Virus record (IMG/VR): IMGVR_UViG_3300021964_007369
Coordinates: 1-64,000 of that record
Reading direction: 5' to 3' (one strand)
Source of the DNA: a virus
Length of the DNA: 64,000 nucleotides
The position numbers and the translations under genes are program-made. Of the stretch, positions 16,236-25,793 are shown one piece after another. Each line of letters starts with the position of its first letter. The first letter of the stretch is position 1. Under the pieces are notes generated by a model that saw nothing but the letters and a program-made list of their open reading frames with translations, ran no database searches and was not told the origin of the DNA.

Positions 16236-17552
16236 ATGAGTGCAGTAGCAGGTAAAAAACATTGGTCACCAAATCCAGACATTACTCCAGACGAACTGGA
16301 AGAAATGCGTGTTGATGTACTTGATCGTATTATTGTAGCACGAATTGGTCTACTTTTAAGACATCCTTTCTTTGGTAATATGGCAACACGTCTGCGTATT
16401 AAGAGTGCAGATGACTGGTGCCCAACTGCCGCAGTTGACGGTAAAAATTTATATTTTAACACACAGTTTTTTAATTCAATGGATAATAAAGAAATTGAAT
16501 TTGTAATTGCACACGAAATTTTACATTGTGTATTTGATCACTTAGAACGTAGGGCTTGGCAAGGTCGTGACTTAGATCCTATGGTTAGTAATATTGCACA
16601 AGACTATATTGTAAATAATACACTTGTAAGAGATAATATTGGTACTAAGCCTAAACTAGTAGACTGTTTTCAAGACTTTAAATATGACGGTTGGACTTCA
16701 GAAGAAGTATATGAAGATATTTTTGAAAAGTATGACAATGAAGAACTTCAAGCATTAGGTGAACTTTTAGATGAACATCTTGATCTAAATGATAGTGATG
16801 CTGGCGGAGCACCTAATGAAAATGATCCTAAGAAAGATACAAATAATGATAACGGCAATAAGAGTGTAAAGGCACCAAAGTATTCGAAAGAAGAACTAAA
16901 GAAAATTAGAGACAGTGTAAAAGAAGGTATGATGCAGGCGGCACAAGCGGCCGGTGCAGGTAATCTTCCTAAAGAAGTTCAACGTATGATTACTGAGTTA
17001 ACTGAACCTAAGATGAACTGGCGTGAGCTTATTCGTCAACAGATTCAGTCAACTATTAGAAATGATTACACTTTTGCTCGTCCTTCACGTAAAGGATGGC
17101 ATACTGGAGTTATACTTCCAGGTATGAACTTTGATGAACAAATTGATCTTTGTATTGCATTTGATATGAGTGGTTCAATTGGTGGCGATATGCCTAGAGA
17201 TTTCTTAAGTGAAGTTAAAGGCATATGTGACGAATTTAAAGAATATAACATTAAGATTTGGTGTTTTGACACAAGTGTTTATGGCGAACAAGATTTTGCT
17301 TCAGACAACGGTGATGACATTAGTGAGTATCAGCCTATTGGTGGAGGAGGTACTGATTTTGATGTGAACTGGACATATATGAAAGAAAATGATATTATTC
17401 CTAAAAAGTTTATCATGTTTACAGATGGTTATCCTTGGAGTAGTTGGGGCGATCCAGACTATTGTGATACTGTATTCGTAATACATAGTAATAGAAAAAA
17501 AGATATCCAGGCACCTTTTGGAACTACTGCACACTATGAAGCAAATGTCTAA
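16236..17552 (+). CDS. Metallopeptidase-like + VWA domain protein (DUF2201-type MoxR partner)
   Basis: TAAVDG, AHEILH (HExxH), DMSGS MIDAS, GGGTDF, FTDG. Confidence 0.85.
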   Translation: MSAVAGKKHWSPNPDITPDELEEMRVDVLDRIIVARIGLLLRHPFFGNMATRLRIKSADDWCPTAAVDGKNLYFNTQFFNSMDNKEIEFVIAHEILHCVFDHLERRAWQGRDLDPMVSNIAQDYIVNNTLVRDNIGTKPKLVDCFQDFKYDGWTSEEVYEDIFEKYDNEELQALGELLDEHLDLNDSDAGGAPNENDPKKDTNNDNGNKSVKAPKYSKEELKKIRDSVKEGMMQAAQAAGAGNLPKEVQRMITELTEPKMNWRELIRQQIQSTIRNDYTFARPSRKGWHTGVILPGMNFDEQIDLCIAFDMSGSIGGDMPRDFLSEVKGICDEFKEYNIKIWCFDTSVYGEQDFASDNGDDISEYQPIGGGGTDFDVNWTYMKENDIIPKKFIMFTDGYPWSSWGDPDYCDTVFVIHSNRKKDIQAPFGTTAHYEANV

Positions 17553-17826
17553 AGCATTAAATCCGAATAATTTTTTTCAGATACGCAAACTGAATTTTGA
17601 AGCGCCGCATCTCGAATATATAGATCTGCCATTTACATATAATATTGAATCTAGTTTAGAAAAATGGATTACTAAGCATTGTAAAAACAGATTTTTTATA
17701 AAAAAGACTATTAGTGTAGGAAATAACCAAGAAACCAGCCTAAATTTTAAGATGCGTGTAGGATTTGAAGATCCTAAAGAAATGTCATATTTCGTTTTGG
17801 CGTGTCCACTTTTAAAATACAAGTAA
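17545..17826 (+). CDS. Hypothetical protein
   Basis: ATG 17545 overlaps the VWA stop; VGFEDPKE. Confidence 0.65.
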   Translation: MSKALNPNNFFQIRKLNFEAPHLEYIDLPFTYNIESSLEKWITKHCKNRFFIKKTISVGNNQETSLNFKMRVGFEDPKEMSYFVLACPLLKYK

Positions 17827-17829
17827 ATA
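17824..17829 (+). promoter_or_regulatory. Late-type promoter core TAAATA
   Basis: At a gene boundary, upstream of GGAGG-ATG 17856. Confidence 0.45.
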
Positions 17830-17855
17830 ATATACACAGTTAACGGAGGAAAAGA

Positions 17856-18125
17856 ATGACTGAAGAAACAAAAGCCCCTCAAGTAGCGGGTACACAACAA
17901 GCACCGGCACAGCCAGAGGTTCCTGTAGAACTAACTATTCAGGACTTAGGCGTCATTAGATCAATTATTGACGTGGCAAGCCAACGCGGTGCGTTCAAAG
18001 CAAATGAACTAGAAGCAGTTGGTAAAACTTATAACAAACTAGAAACTTTTCTAGATACTGTTCAGAAAAAATCTGAAGAGGCTAAAGCGGCTCAAGAGGC
18101 CCAAGGAGAGAAGAAAAATGGCTAA
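17856..18125 (+). CDS. Hypothetical protein
   Basis: GGAGG RBS; IIDVASQRGAFKANE. Confidence 0.75.
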   Translation: MTEETKAPQVAGTQQAPAQPEVPVELTIQDLGVIRSIIDVASQRGAFKANELEAVGKTYNKLETFLDTVQKKSEEAKAAQEAQGEKKNG

Positions 18126-18756
18126 TATAAAACATGTAGGACGTTTAAAAAGTAACCAACGTAAAGTTGCAGTTGCTTTTCGTGTTCTACCAAATAACCC
18201 TAATCATGCACTAGTTGTAGACACTGCAAGTCTAAGTGATGCAGATCATGATAGTTTAATGAAGCTGATTGAATCTCCAGCAGGACAAGAGGCACACGAA
18301 CTTGCTGAAGCAATGGACAGAACTTCATTACAAGATGGAGCTCGCATGTTACCAAGATTTCATGCTACTGGAAGACTTCAAAAGGTTCCAACTGATCAAA
18401 TCGAAATGACACCAAACAATCAAACTGCAATTTTACTTTCTGAAATTAACTCAGCAGTAGCAGAACAAAAAGGTGTTACAGTAGCAGATCTTGCTATGAA
18501 TGATGGCGGCAATCCTGCAAGTACAACTGAAACTGTAGGCACTATTAACGAAATGCCAAAAGCAAAAGATACTAATGTATTAGCAGAAGCTGATGCGGCA
18601 CGTATTCAAGCACCATCTGATGGAGTGATCTCCGATGAAGATTTAGCGGCTAGTTATAGATCACAAGCTGACTCAATGTTTAAGGAAGCGAAAAGGTTAC
18701 GTGAACAAGCTGAAGAGCTTTCACCGACCAAGAAGAAGAAAAAAGAAAACGTATAA
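18118..18756 (+). CDS. Hypothetical protein
   Basis: GGAG RBS; coupled ORF. Confidence 0.75.
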   Translation: MANIKHVGRLKSNQRKVAVAFRVLPNNPNHALVVDTASLSDADHDSLMKLIESPAGQEAHELAEAMDRTSLQDGARMLPRFHATGRLQKVPTDQIEMTPNNQTAILLSEINSAVAEQKGVTVADLAMNDGGNPASTTETVGTINEMPKAKDTNVLAEADAARIQAPSDGVISDEDLAASYRSQADSMFKEAKRLREQAEELSPTKKKKKENV

Positions 18757-18788
18757 TTTTTTCTTCCGTAATTAAGTCGGGACGGTAA

Positions 18789-19103
18789 ATGAAACGTAAA
18801 AAGTTTCCTGCAGACGTAATACGACAGTGGCCTGAAGTTTTCAAAGATGTTGACGTACACAGTGTTCCTATGGAATATATAAACACTATACACGTAGAGT
18901 TCAATAACGGAAAAGTTTGGGATATTGATTGTAAAGCCAAACGGAGTATATCTAAGGATAGCAACCATGTCTCTAAAGAAATCGAAAAATTATTCGAAGA
19001 GTATGGTGATGCTATTAAGGGTGTAGACTTCCGTATCGACAGTCGAAGAGTTAAAAAAGATATCCAGAAAGAAACCAAAAGGTTTCTAAAAAGACGCAAG
19101 TAA
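18789..19103 (+). CDS. Hypothetical protein
   Basis: Open ORF whose stop overlaps the next start. Confidence 0.68.
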   Translation: MKRKKFPADVIRQWPEVFKDVDVHSVPMEYINTIHVEFNNGKVWDIDCKAKRSISKDSNHVSKEIEKLFEEYGDAIKGVDFRIDSRRVKKDIQKETKRFLKRRK

Positions 19104-19738
19104 TGGGACCTGAAGGAAGTAATTTACGAATATCCGAAAGTGGACAAGAGTTTTTTGTTTTAGATCAATTAGGTTATAAACAAAACGGATACTTTATTGA
19201 TATTGGTGCATCCGACGGTGTTACTGCTAGTAATACTTTTATATTAGAAAAGTTTTATAAATGGCAGGGTGTTTGCGTTGATCCTAATCCTAGTACGCTA
19301 AAGAGCTTGTGTGGTGCAAGAGATAGCATAATAAGTGATCTCTGTGTGTACAACGAGTCAGGTAAAATACTACCGTTTAGATTTTTAGAAGACCAAACTC
19401 AATTTTTTGGATGGAACTTACGATCAGGTATTGAAGGTATTATTGAAGACCCAGGTGAAGATTTTGCTTATACTAATGTGTATAGCATCACACTATCAGA
19501 CTTAATAAAATTATATAAGGCACCTCCGATTATAGATTATATTAGTTTAGATTGCGAAGGAAGTGAGTCTTTAATACTAGATGCATTTGATTGGTCAGTA
19601 CACATTAACACTTTGACTGTCGAATTTGAAAACGAACAAAACCGTCAAAATATATTAAATATACTTGAAAAACAAGGTTTTCAGCGTCATATACGCTGTG
19701 ATAATGAAGACTGGTACGTGAACAATACAATTAAATAA
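19103..19738 (+). CDS. FkbM-family methyltransferase
   Basis: FIDIGASDG..SNT, IDYISLDCEGSE. Confidence 0.82.
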   Translation: MGPEGSNLRISESGQEFFVLDQLGYKQNGYFIDIGASDGVTASNTFILEKFYKWQGVCVDPNPSTLKSLCGARDSIISDLCVYNESGKILPFRFLEDQTQFFGWNLRSGIEGIIEDPGEDFAYTNVYSITLSDLIKLYKAPPIIDYISLDCEGSESLILDAFDWSVHINTLTVEFENEQNRQNILNILEKQGFQRHIRCDNEDWYVNNTIK

Positions 19739-19752
19739 ATGCAGGTAAGGCA

Positions 19753-19758
19753 TAAATA
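19753..19758 (+). promoter_or_regulatory. Late-type promoter core TAAATA
   Basis: Intergenic, upstream of AGGAG-ATG of a structural gene. Confidence 0.55.
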
Positions 19759-19786
19759 CATATAATAAAGAATCAGGAGACAAAGA

Positions 19787-20926
19787 ATGTCACTACGTTT
19801 GAGAAGAGGAACAGACGGCGAACGTCTAGCTATAACGCCAGAAGCAGGCGAACTAATATTCACTACGGATACTAAAACAGTATACGTTGGTGATGGATCT
19901 ACTGTAGGCGGTGTTGTTGTAAGTGCCGGCGGTGTTACTATTGAAGACTTAGGAGATACTAATATAGTATCAGTACAAGACGGAGATATATTAGGTTACA
20001 ATTCTTCAAACAGCAAATGGGAAGCAACTAGATACGTTACTACAGATATTACAGGTAGTGTATTTGCTAAAGATTCAGGAGTGCTTGTAGACTCAGATGC
20101 AGGGTTAGTTACAGGTACAGTAGACACAGATAGTGTTACAGCGTCAGGAACAATTACAGCAAACGCATTTGTTGGTGATATTACAGGCACAGTTACAGGA
20201 GATGTAGTAGGTGACGTGACTGGTAATCTAGTAGGTACTACAACAGGATATCATACAGGTGACGTAAGCGGTAGTTTATTTGCTATTGATTCTAGTGTAA
20301 TGGTTGATGCTATTAATGGCGATTTATTTGCAAATTCAACAAACACACGTGATGTAACGAACACACAAGGTACTTTAGTTTTAAGAGAATCTGCTTCTGC
20401 TGATAACAATAGAATTGAAATATCTTCTACTCAGATACAATTTATAGCTACAGGTCCATTAGTTGCTAATAACAACCATTTAAACGTTCAAAAGAACGAT
20501 GAAGCACATAGAATCACTATAGGTAGAGCAAACACAGATAGTAGTGCTTTTACTCCTACAACAGAAATAGCAAGACGTGTTTTCACAAGTAAGCAAGGTA
20601 CAGATGATTCTACAGCATTATTAACAGAAACTATTTCACAACAACAATGGACATTACTTCCTTCTCCAAACGGAACTATTGACTACACAAAAACAATACG
20701 TTTCCATAATGAAGGAAAATTAGGTATTAACGGAACAGTAAGTTCAGAGCCTGATGCAAACCTACATGTAACAGGTAATGCAAAACTTACTGAAGAATTG
20801 TTACTTGGTAATATGACGACTACAGAACGTGATGCATTGACAGCCGCTAACGGAATGATGTTGTATAACACAACTGATAATAAATTCCAAGGTTACGAAA
20901 ACGGCGCTTGGGTTAACTTAATTTAA
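19787..20926 (+). CDS. Tail-fibre/adhesin-like structural protein
   Basis: N-terminal LRRGT...GELIFTTDTKTVYVGDG (Mtd-N/hyaluronidase-like), G-x-V-T repeats, C-terminal NGMMLYNTTDNKFQGY. Confidence 0.7.
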   Translation: MSLRLRRGTDGERLAITPEAGELIFTTDTKTVYVGDGSTVGGVVVSAGGVTIEDLGDTNIVSVQDGDILGYNSSNSKWEATRYVTTDITGSVFAKDSGVLVDSDAGLVTGTVDTDSVTASGTITANAFVGDITGTVTGDVVGDVTGNLVGTTTGYHTGDVSGSLFAIDSSVMVDAINGDLFANSTNTRDVTNTQGTLVLRESASADNNRIEISSTQIQFIATGPLVANNNHLNVQKNDEAHRITIGRANTDSSAFTPTTEIARRVFTSKQGTDDSTALLTETISQQQWTLLPSPNGTIDYTKTIRFHNEGKLGINGTVSSEPDANLHVTGNAKLTEELLLGNMTTTERDALTAANGMMLYNTTDNKFQGYENGAWVNLI

Positions 20927-20941
20927 GACTATATTTTAGCT

Positions 20942-21008
20942 TGGTATGTATGTACTCAGCAGTGTCTAAACACCGCTGTATGACGCTTATATTGCGTCTA
21001 AGATACCA
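20942..21008. terminator. Structured intergenic element between convergent transcription units
   Basis: Outer stem TGGTAT/ATACCA enclosing two hairpins (CAGCaGTGT/ACACcGCTG and GACGC/GCGTC). Confidence 0.45.
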
Positions 21009-21018
21009 TTAAATAGTA

Positions 21019-21675
21019 CTATTTCTTCCAAAAAGGATCAGTCCATTCATCTAGCAACTTGCTAGGACGACTAATTTTCATATTAAAAATACTGTGGTTT
21101 ATTAAATCACTGTATGCAGGATTACTTTCACCTGTCCAAGGCGCTCCAATACATAGCGTAATTTTTTCTTCATTGCCAGGTAATAAAGCATGTGGATGAG
21201 ATCCATCTAGTATGTATGTGTGATAACAATCTGGTACATGGATATTATTGTGATTGCTATCTATAAAATAAAGTTTATCAATGTTTCCATTTAATACAAT
21301 TCTAAATTTGTGTTGGCGCGAGCCTATTTCTTTTTCTGTGCTATCTAAATGAACGTTTAGTCCATGTCCGGCAGGAGTCTTTAATATTGTTACTCTACCT
21401 TCTGGAATCATCCAAGGAAAAATTTTTGTTTTCAAAATCCTTTGTGTATGGACACAGTTCTTAGTTGGATCAGTAAATTTGAAAACGCCGTCTTTTGTCT
21501 TTTTAGGATCTTGACCGCCTAGCAACCCTCCTGCATTATATACAGGTAACATTTTACAACCCCTAAACTCGTTGTAGTGCCAGTTTAAAGGACTTACACT
21601 TAACACTTCATCAAGCATAAGTTTTCTATCTTTATCAGTAATCTTTAGGTCTAACGCTGTAAATGTAAAATCCAT
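21019..21675 (-). CDS. Fe(II)/2OG oxygenase (Asp/Asn beta-hydroxylase-like)
   Basis: RVTIL, HLD (HxD), distal HPH, DSBH pattern. Confidence 0.65.
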   Translation of the reverse strand: MDFTFTALDLKITDKDRKLMLDEVLSVSPLNWHYNEFRGCKMLPVYNAGGLLGGQDPKKTKDGVFKFTDPTKNCVHTQRILKTKIFPWMIPEGRVTILKTPAGHGLNVHLDSTEKEIGSRQHKFRIVLNGNIDKLYFIDSNHNNIHVPDCYHTYILDGSHPHALLPGNEEKITLCIGAPWTGESNPAYSDLINHSIFNMKISRPSKLLDEWTDPFWKK

Positions 21676-21686
21676 TATCTTGTTTC

Positions 21687-22409
21687 CTAAACAAGTGCAT
21701 AGCGTATGTGTTGTCTTACTACATCTGATGGAGTGCTATCTCTTTTATGAACTGTTTTAAAATTATTATACACTAGCAATTGGTTTGGTTTCCAATCATG
21801 CTTGTAAAATTTTGTGTTTTGCATAGCAGTTTGCAGTTCTTCTTCTAAATCTGTTTCTGTATATGCTTCACTAAAGAAATAATATTTTCCTGTGCTATCT
21901 TCTTTTACTAAAGGGTGTTCGGCTCTATTCTTCATTCTCCAAGCACGTTCGTGTACTGGTGAATCAAATTCGTAAGGATATTCTTCCTTACTCATATATT
22001 TTGTTATAGTATTCATACATCTTAGATTGCTCGCTTTATCTTGGAGTTCGGTTGTACTTTTATTGTAAGCATCTTGCATGTCTGCAAACCAGGTAGGACT
22101 ACTGCCCTTGTCGGCTCTAATACAATACAATCCTACGTACGGATGACAATCTTTGCTATATGCTCTGTCCTGGTGCCATAGCATATCGTGTGCATGATTT
22201 AATCTTTTGCCATGCTCATCATCGTGTCCTATAGTTACACGCTTTCTACCGTACATATCTTGATCTAATAAATTGCCGAATAACTCTACAGTATCTTCGT
22301 TAGCATCATCAATCACATATAAACTTACAACACCACTATGTAAATCATTAATTACATCTTCGTTTATGTCTTTTACATTTATTTTTTTAATAAACTGTCT
22401 TTGTGTCAT
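21687..22409 (-). CDS. TauD/TfdA-family dioxygenase
   Basis: WHQD, TWFADM, HPLV, WKPNQLLVYNN..VHKR. Confidence 0.82.
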   Translation of the reverse strand: MTQRQFIKKINVKDINEDVINDLHSGVVSLYVIDDANEDTVELFGNLLDQDMYGRKRVTIGHDDEHGKRLNHAHDMLWHQDRAYSKDCHPYVGLYCIRADKGSSPTWFADMQDAYNKSTTELQDKASNLRCMNTITKYMSKEEYPYEFDSPVHERAWRMKNRAEHPLVKEDSTGKYYFFSEAYTETDLEEELQTAMQNTKFYKHDWKPNQLLVYNNFKTVHKRDSTPSDVVRQHIRYALV

Positions 22410-22947
22410 TTAATGTATTTCCTCCTAACCATACTATATATTGCCAACACTCATCACCATCACAAGGTGCTGTGCGCCACAGATCTTTTTCTAGTGTCCA
22501 ACCTTTGTATTTACTATTGTGTTCCATACCTCTGCACAGGTTGCGTATACTTCTTGGATTTTTATATTCGCGACTAATAAAAAATTTGCTAATTCCATAC
22601 TCTAGTTGGCAAAGTTCAATTTGTTGATCTGCTTGTTCGACAGCAAACGTACTCATTCCTTTTATATGGTATTTGTTTACTCTTAATCCAACTTGTTTAA
22701 TTTTGTTGCTTATATAGTATTTACTAAGCAATCGTACTCCGCCATTATAAAAGTCTCGTTTTCTAGCTACACTTCCGCATATGCAATCTCCGTCATCATC
22801 GTAGGTTACGCTATAATATATATGATCAGGATTATTTAAATCTTCTGGCTTATAATTATCAGGCAACCTGTTTAACGGATTTAATAAACTTTCTTCGAAA
22901 AGTTTTACTAGGTCCTTAGGAAGTGTAGGTGTAGTCAGTGTCTTCAT
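22387..22947 (-). CDS. Hypothetical protein, possibly GNAT-like
   Basis: Coupled ORF between two TauD genes; the beta-strand pattern (YYSVTY..ICGSV..VRLLSKYY) is only suggestive. Confidence 0.5.
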   Translation of the reverse strand: MKTLTTPTLPKDLVKLFEESLLNPLNRLPDNYKPEDLNNPDHIYYSVTYDDDGDCICGSVARKRDFYNGGVRLLSKYYISNKIKQVGLRVNKYHIKGMSTFAVEQADQQIELCQLEYGISKFFISREYKNPRSIRNLCRGMEHNSKYKGWTLEKDLWRTAPCDGDECWQYIVWLGGNTLNDTKTVY

Positions 22948-23885
22948 GCTTGTTTTAGATACTTGTAATTAAATGCAATACGATATAATAGTCGATCACC
23001 TTTAACAGCATTACGAGCATGGTAACTCATAAACTGATCGTTGATAATAAGATCACCTGTTTTCCAATGATGATGATACATATATTTCGGTTGGAATAAG
23101 TGTTTGTGTAAAGCACTTAACAAAGGCTTTGCTTCTTCAAGAGTAATTTCTTCACCAGTTTCTTTATTGCGTAGTTTACGCATGACACCAAAGTGTCCTG
23201 TATATATTGCTTTAGGACTGTTCTCTTGATCCCACCAGCCGGGAATTGTTCTAAACGGGTGTTGCACAATCAATGGTTTCCAACTACCTCTAACAGGGTT
23301 GAGTTCTTGTTTACCTTTACGTCCTGTGCTTTTTAAGTTACCTTCAAATATAGCAAGTAGTTCATCCATACCTTTGTTAAGACTGTCGTCATCAAATTGG
23401 TAGATGCTGTTGTCTTTATCAAACTGTGCCCAATATTCAAATTTGTCTGCTTGAGATTTTAGATCATCTGGTAAATCTACATATGCTTGATGACTATTCA
23501 AATAACTTGTTACAACTTGTTCTCCTGGTTTTACACAATAAAAAGCAATACAACTTTCAATAACATGTTTCCAGTGACGCCAATTTCCGTTGTTATGCCA
23601 ACCTAATTCACTTTCAGGAAACAATCCAACAAACTTTCCATCTTCGTCCTTTTCGTTTGTAACTCTTGAAATACCAGGATATTCTTTGTGTTCAAAGTAA
23701 ACATCAAAGCCTGCCTTTTTAGGACTATATAACTTTCCTATACTAGTTGCACCGTCAAGTAATTCTTGTTCATGCAAATTAGCATCCGGAATATATGCAA
23801 TAATATCCTTAGGTTGGTTACGACACACTTCGTGCCAATTATCTGGATCTCTCATATCTAGATTGTATTCTATTGGTTTAAACAT
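22944..23885 (-). CDS. TauD/TfdA-family dioxygenase with a variant metal motif (HNN)
   Basis: ISRVTN, GWHNNG, AYVDLP, HHWKTGDLIINDQ..YHAR, RLLYR. Confidence 0.78.
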   Translation of the reverse strand: MFKPIEYNLDMRDPDNWHEVCRNQPKDIIAYIPDANLHEQELLDGATSIGKLYSPKKAGFDVYFEHKEYPGISRVTNEKDEDGKFVGLFPESELGWHNNGNWRHWKHVIESCIAFYCVKPGEQVVTSYLNSHQAYVDLPDDLKSQADKFEYWAQFDKDNSIYQFDDDSLNKGMDELLAIFEGNLKSTGRKGKQELNPVRGSWKPLIVQHPFRTIPGWWDQENSPKAIYTGHFGVMRKLRNKETGEEITLEEAKPLLSALHKHLFQPKYMYHHHWKTGDLIINDQFMSYHARNAVKGDRLLYRIAFNYKYLKQA

Positions 23886-23888
23886 TTT

Positions 23889-24611
23889 TTACCTCTTTAT
23901 AAGTTTTATAAACCAAGCACCAGGATCAAGTTGATACCAATGCTTGCCAATTCTCCAATTACGACTGTCGTCATGATGGTTTTTGTGCCATCCTTCTCCA
24001 CCTGTTAAGATGTTAGCCATCCAAGAATTTCTTGGTTCGCCGCTTTTTGTATGTGGTACAACATTAACTATTCCGTAGCCATGGAATGCTAAAACTATTG
24101 GCATACAAAAACCAAATAGAAAAAGCATAGGATTTATTATTAATGTTGTTAATCCTACTAACCCAATTAGTAGGAAATAGTTTTTGTAAAAGAATTTAAT
24201 ACTTTTTGTGTTTAATCCTTTTAACATTCTTCTTTCAATTTGTATATTATTACCCCATGTGCTTGTATATACTTTTAAAAAACCTTTTATAGTAGGACTA
24301 TGAGGATCTTTCTCAGAGTCTGTATATGCATGGTGCATTCTGTGTGTTGCCGCCCATGTCATTACAGGTCCTGGATTTGCAAACAAACCAATTATTTGAG
24401 CATACCAAGGATACCATTTAGGTGCTTCAAAAGACTTATGAGCAAAATATCTATGATAGCCTGAACTAATTGCAGTTGCGGCTATCCATTGCCACCATAA
24501 AAAACTAGCAACGAACATCCATAATTCCCCATACATTATAGCAGGTATTAAAGCTAAATGACAAATTATATGTATCGATAATAATTTAGATGTATTACTA
24601 AACTTTGTCAT
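23889..24611 (-). CDS. Membrane fatty-acid desaturase (delta-9/DesC-like)
   Basis: Three His boxes (HRYFAH, HRMHH, HKNHH), DPHSP, GEGWH and transmembrane segments. Confidence 0.88.
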   Translation of the reverse strand: MTKFSNTSKLLSIHIICHLALIPAIMYGELWMFVASFLWWQWIAATAISSGYHRYFAHKSFEAPKWYPWYAQIIGLFANPGPVMTWAATHRMHHAYTDSEKDPHSPTIKGFLKVYTSTWGNNIQIERRMLKGLNTKSIKFFYKNYFLLIGLVGLTTLIINPMLFLFGFCMPIVLAFHGYGIVNVVPHTKSGEPRNSWMANILTGGEGWHKNHHDDSRNWRIGKHWYQLDPGAWFIKLIKR

Positions 24612-25719
24612 TTACTTTCCTTTTAGGTATTTTTGAATCTGCTGAACTGACACAACTCTTTGTAATACATGTCTTAGGTGTCTTAAATAGTTCGAAACCT
24701 GTTTCAATGTTGCCAAGAGGTGCATCATGGCACGAATAGCTTCTTTTTATGCTACCGTCTGGCTCGCGTATTATTAGTCCGCTGTAACCGGCGTTACACC
24801 GCCATCCTTCAAAATTGTTGAAATTAAAGGCATTAAAGCGTTCTGCTTGGTCCATATACCATTTATTACCTTTAGAATCTTCTAGTTCAACTTGCATATG
24901 CCAAGGAACACTTGCATCTGGTTTGCCTATTCCTTGAGGTACTTGGAATGACGGTTTAGGTCTACCTTCCCATTTCCTTTTGTTTTCTGTGTATGCACGT
25001 TGTGGCATTCCGTTGTATAACTTCTTAAGATCTTCTTCTTTATACCCGTCAACAATTTTAGAAGCAGTAGGGTCTGATTGAGGTTTGAGTGTAACGTTGA
25101 TTCCTTGCTCGTGGAAGAACAGGGCGTTTTCCCAATCTCTTTCAAACCAGTCTGGAACCATAACTTGATTAATTGTAACTTGTACATCGTTCTCCTGACA
25201 GAAGATTAACTTGTCTGCAAAGTCTTGCATCTTCTCTTTTGAGTTTACATGTTCTGTATGCAAACTTGCTGTAATACTTGCTCTATGAAAGGGCTTTGCG
25301 TATTCAACATAAGTTTCAAACCACTTCATGTTTCTTGAACAGTTTGATGTCATGTGTATACTTGTGTAGTTTGTATTATCTACATCGTCGGCTAGGTGTT
25401 TTAATATTTCGAGATAACCTGGATGGAACGTTGGCTCACCGCCGGACAAGGAGAAGTGGAAACTGTTGAATCCGTTATCTCTTGCTTGGCGTTTGATTTC
25501 ATCCACTGTTCGCAAGCATAGCTCAGTTGGCCTGTGATCTTTTCTGTCACTTCTGGCGTAGGGCCAACAGTAGGAACATTTGTAGTTACAGAATCTTCCG
25601 AGCAACCAACTGACAGTAAACAGGTCTCTATATAAGAGTGTCCTTTGTCCGACACTAACAATGTCGTCAAACGGGATTTTTGAGAAGTCATAATTACTCC
25701 ATTTAAGTTCATTATTCAT
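24598..25719 (-). CDS. Radical SAM protein with C-terminal SPASM/twitch cysteines
   Basis: CNYKCSYC, SGGEP, C-terminal CNAG...SC...C...C. Confidence 0.88.
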   Translation of the reverse strand: MNNELKWSNYDFSKIPFDDIVSVGQRTLLYRDLFTVSWLLGRFCNYKCSYCWPYARSDRKDHRPTELCLRTVDEIKRQARDNGFNSFHFSLSGGEPTFHPGYLEILKHLADDVDNTNYTSIHMTSNCSRNMKWFETYVEYAKPFHRASITASLHTEHVNSKEKMQDFADKLIFCQENDVQVTINQVMVPDWFERDWENALFFHEQGINVTLKPQSDPTASKIVDGYKEEDLKKLYNGMPQRAYTENKRKWEGRPKPSFQVPQGIGKPDASVPWHMQVELEDSKGNKWYMDQAERFNAFNFNNFEGWRCNAGYSGLIIREPDGSIKRSYSCHDAPLGNIETGFELFKTPKTCITKSCVSSADSKIPKRKVNDKV

Positions 25720-25724
25720 AGCTT

Positions 25725-25753
25725 ATTGTAACACCAATTTAATACGTTGTCAA
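25725..25753 (-). promoter_or_regulatory. sigma70-type promoter, probably giving a leaderless mRNA
   Basis: TTGACA-17 nt-TACAAT ending 5 nt before ATG 25719. TAAATA lies just upstream (25755-60, - strand). Confidence 0.72.
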
Positions 25754-25766
25754 GTATTTATAGGTG

Positions 25767-25772
25767 TAAATA
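25767..25772 (+). promoter_or_regulatory. Late-type promoter core TAAATA (divergent)
   Basis: Upstream of AAGGA-ATG 25794. Confidence 0.5.
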
Positions 25773-25793
25773 CAGTATTATTAAGGATTTGAT

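Noticed and set aside
20942-21008. Hammerhead ribozyme or tRNA in the three-stem intergenic element
   Set aside because: It lacks the exact CUGAnGA/GAAA core and the tRNA D/T-loop signatures on either strand.
25401-25712. Second overprinted lipoprotein (LSVGC) in the rSAM gene
   Set aside because: There is no proper hydrophobic signal region or SD, and the lipobox is non-canonical.
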